Source: Desulfomonilia bacterium (GTDB taxonomy: Bacteria > Desulfobacterota > Desulfomonilia > UBA1062). From it: DNA of 64,000 nt. Positions 60,466-64,000 of the stretch are shown piece after piece. Positions within the stretch are counted from its first letter, which is position 1, and every line of letters begins with the position of its first letter. The position numbers and the translations under genes are program-made. The notes beneath the pieces were generated by a model that saw only the letters and a list, made by a program, of their open reading frames with translations, ran no database searches and was not told where the DNA came from. The stretch is taken from NCBI GenBank assembly GCA_050014195.1, contig JBEKDT010000014.1, positions 64,001 to 128,000 of the forward strand, read 5' to 3'.

Positions 60466-60674
60466 AGTGCCTCCTTTTTAGCGTAAGCTGGAAAGCATAA
60501 GCGACGGCTCTACGGTAAAATGTGAAATATCATTCATGTAACGAGGCCGCCTTTGAGCGTGCCCTTGCATGCATTGAACGAATGAGGACTGTGTTCTTGA
60601 AGGGAATTGTATAATGCCAGAAGCCGGATGACTTTTAAGGGCAAGCGCCATACATTCTCCTTCAGATTTCTCTG

Positions 60675-60721
60675 ACAGGAGTCATCAGCCTACCCGGCGG
60701 TTATGGGGGACTCCATCCCTG
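60675..60721 (-). ncRNA. fluoride (crcB-motif) riboswitch
   Basis: Minus strand AGGGATGGAGTCCCCCATAACCGCCGGGTAGGCTGATGACTCCTGT, upstream of HIT and eno. Confidence 0.9.
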
Positions 60722-60866
60722 ATCTTCGTTAAATGTGTACTGTATTAAGGGTAAAGCTGTCAATCACGAGCTGGAACATTCCATTAACCTCTCCAGCCGG
60801 AAATATCATTACCCTTGAGCACGTTTTATACTCTCGCCTTACAGGTTTCTTCATTCATCAGTACAC

Positions 60867-61859
60867 CTATGGTTCAGCACATGCGGCAGCAACACGATGT
60901 GCAAGCACCATTATTGTTTCTGCGGCACCAAGGCCGGAGATCCCGGGAAATCCTTCATACTCCATTTTCTTCGAGTCCAGGATAATGCCGTGGACCTCAA
61001 AGTCGGCATACATGCCTATCATATAGGCCGACACACGAGAGGCCATATCATCGCAATCGGGACCTGCCTCCTGTATATCCACTGCGGCCGCACGCACGAG
61101 GCGGCCTCCTCCCCGGGTCTGGCGGACATATGCACCAATTATTGGATGTGCGAACATGACAGCATCTGGTTCCGACAGAGCCATGCAAAGATTTGCCCGC
61201 TCAAAGTCCAGGACCGCCACACCTTCTTCGACCGTGGAAGCCGGATACACAACAGGAGGTGAGTTGTTCGGTCTGTGAACGGCCGTTGATCGCGACACCC
61301 TCAACCACCCGGGTTCATGTGTGAACTCCACATCTGTGTGCAGGTATGCCTCACTTCCACAAAGACCTTCCTGCAACTCATCTTTTCTGCACAACACCAC
61401 GATATCCCATTTCTGCCCCCGAAGCTGCGAGGCCAGCTTAGCAATCCTTGAAAACATTTCAACGAAGCCGTCTGGAATTCGACCTCCTACAATGGCCATC
61501 GTATACATTCCTCTTCGGAGCAGCACCGACGCGAGCCTGCCGAGTCCGTCCGCAAACCGGGCCTCACATGCAGGGCTGCCGGGAAGGGCAAAATCCCCTA
61601 ATCCCCGAGCAATCCAGACAGCTGCGGTACAAGGATCAAAAGTTTTAATCTTCAAGGCAAGGGCTGTTCCCCAGATAAGGCCGGTCAGTGCGGCGGCGCC
61701 CGCAGCCGGATCGGCTACGTGCAAATCATTGGCGAGTTCATCAACATTAATACCAAAGCTGTTCGCAAAGTCCACGACCGCCTGCCAAGACTCGAAATGA
61801 GATTCCTGTATAATCCCCTTGATGCGGGAGGGATTGTCCAGCTTGTGAACAGCCGGCAT
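60867..61859 (-). CDS. hypothetical protein (330 aa)
   Basis: Long ORF 11 bp downstream of the antiporter with GAGGTG RBS; no family recognised. Confidence 0.65.
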   Translation of the reverse strand: MPAVHKLDNPSRIKGIIQESHFESWQAVVDFANSFGINVDELANDLHVADPAAGAAALTGLIWGTALALKIKTFDPCTAAVWIARGLGDFALPGSPACEARFADGLGRLASVLLRRGMYTMAIVGGRIPDGFVEMFSRIAKLASQLRGQKWDIVVLCRKDELQEGLCGSEAYLHTDVEFTHEPGWLRVSRSTAVHRPNNSPPVVYPASTVEEGVAVLDFERANLCMALSEPDAVMFAHPIIGAYVRQTRGGGRLVRAAAVDIQEAGPDCDDMASRVSAYMIGMYADFEVHGIILDSKKMEYEGFPGISGLGAAETIMVLAHRVAAACAEP

Positions 61860-61870
61860 GGATCAGCACC

Positions 61871-63070
61871 TCACTCGTTCCCCGGGCCTTCTTCCACCTC
61901 TTCTGCTGTGGGTTCGGGCGTGCCCGGCAGCAGTGAATACGGGATGAATGCCAGGTTGGCGATCATGGTGGGGATGACTGCGCTTGCGATGACACCGGCA
62001 ACGAGAAAAGAATACTGCGCACGGGTAACAATTCCATGTGAGAATCCATAAAGTGCCGATATGGTCCCGAAGGTGAGCCCGGTGGACATCATCAGGGTAT
62101 AGTACCATCGTTCATCGATATTTCTGCGGAACAGTCCTATCACCGGGTAGAGTCCGAAGATCTTGCTTGCCACTTTCCCGGCCAGGAGTACAAGAAATAT
62201 CATGGGCGCCGTCGCTATGGCGGGCAGGGAAACAAGCGATCCTGCCCGAAGGAAATAGAACGGTGTCAGGAACCCGATACACAGGGTGCGCATTCTCCGA
62301 ACCCACAGGTCATCCCTGGCAGCGAATTCCGCCAGCACTATCCCTGCAATATACGCCGGGAGGACAGCTTCGCTGCCCGACCAGATCGCCAGCGCCCCGA
62401 GGCCGAACAGAACGAACAGTATCCACTTGGCCCTGATGGCGGCTGTCCGGTGTCCGTATTTCCGTGTGATGCGCTTGGATATAAACGGAAGCACTGCCAT
62501 CGCGGCAGCTGTTCCAGCGATAAAGATGATGGTCTTGTAGGAAAAAGGGGCAAAGAGCAGCCCCAGGACAATCACGGTCCCGAGGTCGTTGACGAAACAG
62601 GCCCCGAGGATGCCCTTGCCGAACTCGGTCCGGTTGAAGCCGGTCTCGAGCATGACTGCATAAACCACGGCCATTGACGTGGTCGAGAGCGCCACTCCTG
62701 CAAGAAGGCTTGCAGAAGGTGTCCATCCCAGCGCATAGCGTGCGAGTGCGGCACACCCCAGGAAAGGCGCGGTAAATCCGATAAGACCGATCACGGTCAC
62801 CTCTTTCCATTTTGTGCGGATGACCGCGGGTTCCAGCTCGGCCCCGGCCAGGAAGGTCAGGAGCACCGCCCCGGTGGATGCGAGGAAACGGAGCCATTCC
62901 GTGTCAGCGCCGATGATCCCGTGCCCCAGGAAATACTCGCAGGCCGCTCCAGCGGCCATGCCCACGCAGATCTCCACCAGGGCCATGGAGATTCTCAGGT
63001 AGTAGGCGATAATCGTTGCCAATACTGCAAGGCCGACCCACAAGGCCGCGATAGTGAAGGGTAGTTCCAT
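61871..63070 (-). CDS. cation:proton antiporter (CPA/Na+-H+ exchanger family)
   Basis: Highly hydrophobic; LTFLAGAE, ALSTTSMAVV, FVNDLG, PFYF. Confidence 0.9.
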   Translation of the reverse strand: MELPFTIAALWVGLAVLATIIAYYLRISMALVEICVGMAAGAACEYFLGHGIIGADTEWLRFLASTGAVLLTFLAGAELEPAVIRTKWKEVTVIGLIGFTAPFLGCAALARYALGWTPSASLLAGVALSTTSMAVVYAVMLETGFNRTEFGKGILGACFVNDLGTVIVLGLLFAPFSYKTIIFIAGTAAAMAVLPFISKRITRKYGHRTAAIRAKWILFVLFGLGALAIWSGSEAVLPAYIAGIVLAEFAARDDLWVRRMRTLCIGFLTPFYFLRAGSLVSLPAIATAPMIFLVLLAGKVASKIFGLYPVIGLFRRNIDERWYYTLMMSTGLTFGTISALYGFSHGIVTRAQYSFLVAGVIASAVIPTMIANLAFIPYSLLPGTPEPTAEEVEEGPGNE

Positions 63071-63117
63071 TGAATCCTCCGTCTTGATGTTTTTCGCCTA
63101 TGTGCCGGCAAGGGTGT

Positions 63118-64000
63118 TCAAGCATCGATTACATACCCCTGAAGTTCTGAAATAAGATCATGAAGCTCATGGGTCTTTCCCTGGCTTTTTGACAACAGGG
63201 CATCGATGGTGGAGAGCTCATCCCTGATATAGCTTTCCGTCTGCTTGCGCATCCCGTCGATGGCCTTGTTGATCCGGGTCTCCCACTGGGTAATAAGCCG
63301 GGAGATGTTCACCTCCGTCGCCCATGAAATCTCTTTGAGAAAATGTTGTTCAAAAAACCTCCTGAAAATAAACATAGGGATGAGGAACCAGAGAAGATCG
63401 AATTTGAAATCAAAGGTGTAGAGAACCCCGATGTCGGGATTATCAGGCTCTGTCACTTCGATCTTCCAGTCCGTCTCCGCAAGCCTTATCCCCAGCACCT
63501 TGTCAATATTGTCATTGAGCATCATCCTGAAGGTTTCAAGGTAGCGGGTGAGGCTGTTATGCGCCTTGTTCAGGGTGCCGGAGAAGTGTCTGTTTTCCGC
63601 CCTGGAGATATGCCGTATCTCTTCTTCCATGTTTTCGGCCACCCATGCTTCATACATTCTGGTCAGCTTCCACAGGTTTCCTTTCCAGGAAGGCATCTCT
63701 CCGGACAGCTTGGCTTTGAGCTTCTCTGTGAGGGGATTATTAAATTTTTCAAGATGATTCGTCAGGAGCCCCCGGGTCTGCTTCTGGCATTCTCTTGTAA
63801 TGACGCCGATCTCTTCCCTGATCTGATCATAACCGACCTTTTCATTCAGGATCTGAGAGTGGAGCGCCTCACGGTCCTGATCGGCCTCAACAGAAGTCTT
63901 CATGGCGATATTGAGATAGGAAAGACAACTTCCGAGCAGTGACTGGGTCTTGTAGTTCAGTATGCGATGAAACTCCTGATCCCGGTTCATGGACAGGCCG
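63118..64000 (-). CDS. C-terminal helical part of a large protein, possibly dynamin-like GTPase (N-terminus outside window)
   Basis: Open frame reaching the window edge; coiled-coil with short hydrophobic LLWFLIPM segment; the GTPase domain is not visible. Confidence 0.5.
   Translation of the reverse strand, partial: GLSMNRDQEFHRILNYKTQSLLGSCLSYLNIAMKTSVEADQDREALHSQILNEKVGYDQIREEIGVITRECQKQTRGLLTNHLEKFNNPLTEKLKAKLSGEMPSWKGNLWKLTRMYEAWVAENMEEEIRHISRAENRHFSGTLNKAHNSLTRYLETFRMMLNDNIDKVLGIRLAETDWKIEVTEPDNPDIGVLYTFDFKFDLLWFLIPMFIFRRFFEQHFLKEISWATEVNISRLITQWETRINKAIDGMRKQTESYIRDELSTIDALLSKSQGKTHELHDLISELQGYVIDA

Overview
Chromosomal window of an anaerobic bacterium, most consistent with Desulfobacterota/Deltaproteobacteria and a syntrophic lifestyle (inference from gene content). 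Left half is mostly housekeeping: gltX, aconitase, PiT, orphan atpE, nfnAB, ychF, zapB-zapA-6S RNA-ygfA-rny, tyrS. It also has a PilT-like pseudo-ATPase with an MshEN domain and one of two sigma54-type PEP-CTERM genes. The centre (30.0-52.9 kb) is an H2/formate cluster: an [FeFe]-hydrogenase operon whose NuoF/HydB subunit is fused to an NfnB/GltD-like module, hydG-hydE-aspA-hydF, a stand-alone selenocysteine formate dehydrogenase (UGA plus SECIS), OFA and SatP transporters, and a group 3d-like [NiFe]-hydrogenase without diaphorase genes. The right end (52.9-64 kb) has two convergent fluoride riboswitches (one before a MutS-like pair, one before HIT plus enolase), next to a cation/H+ antiporter. 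The first MutS-like gene is split by a 2,244-bp IS1595-family element with 22-bp perfect TIRs and an 8-bp TSD. The most striking observation is its cargo: a tRNA-like gene with a tRNA-Leu body but a proline (UGG) anticodon, preceded by a hairpin-flanked 29-aa mini-ORF ending in Pro-Pro-stop. All calls are from manual reading; no searches were run.
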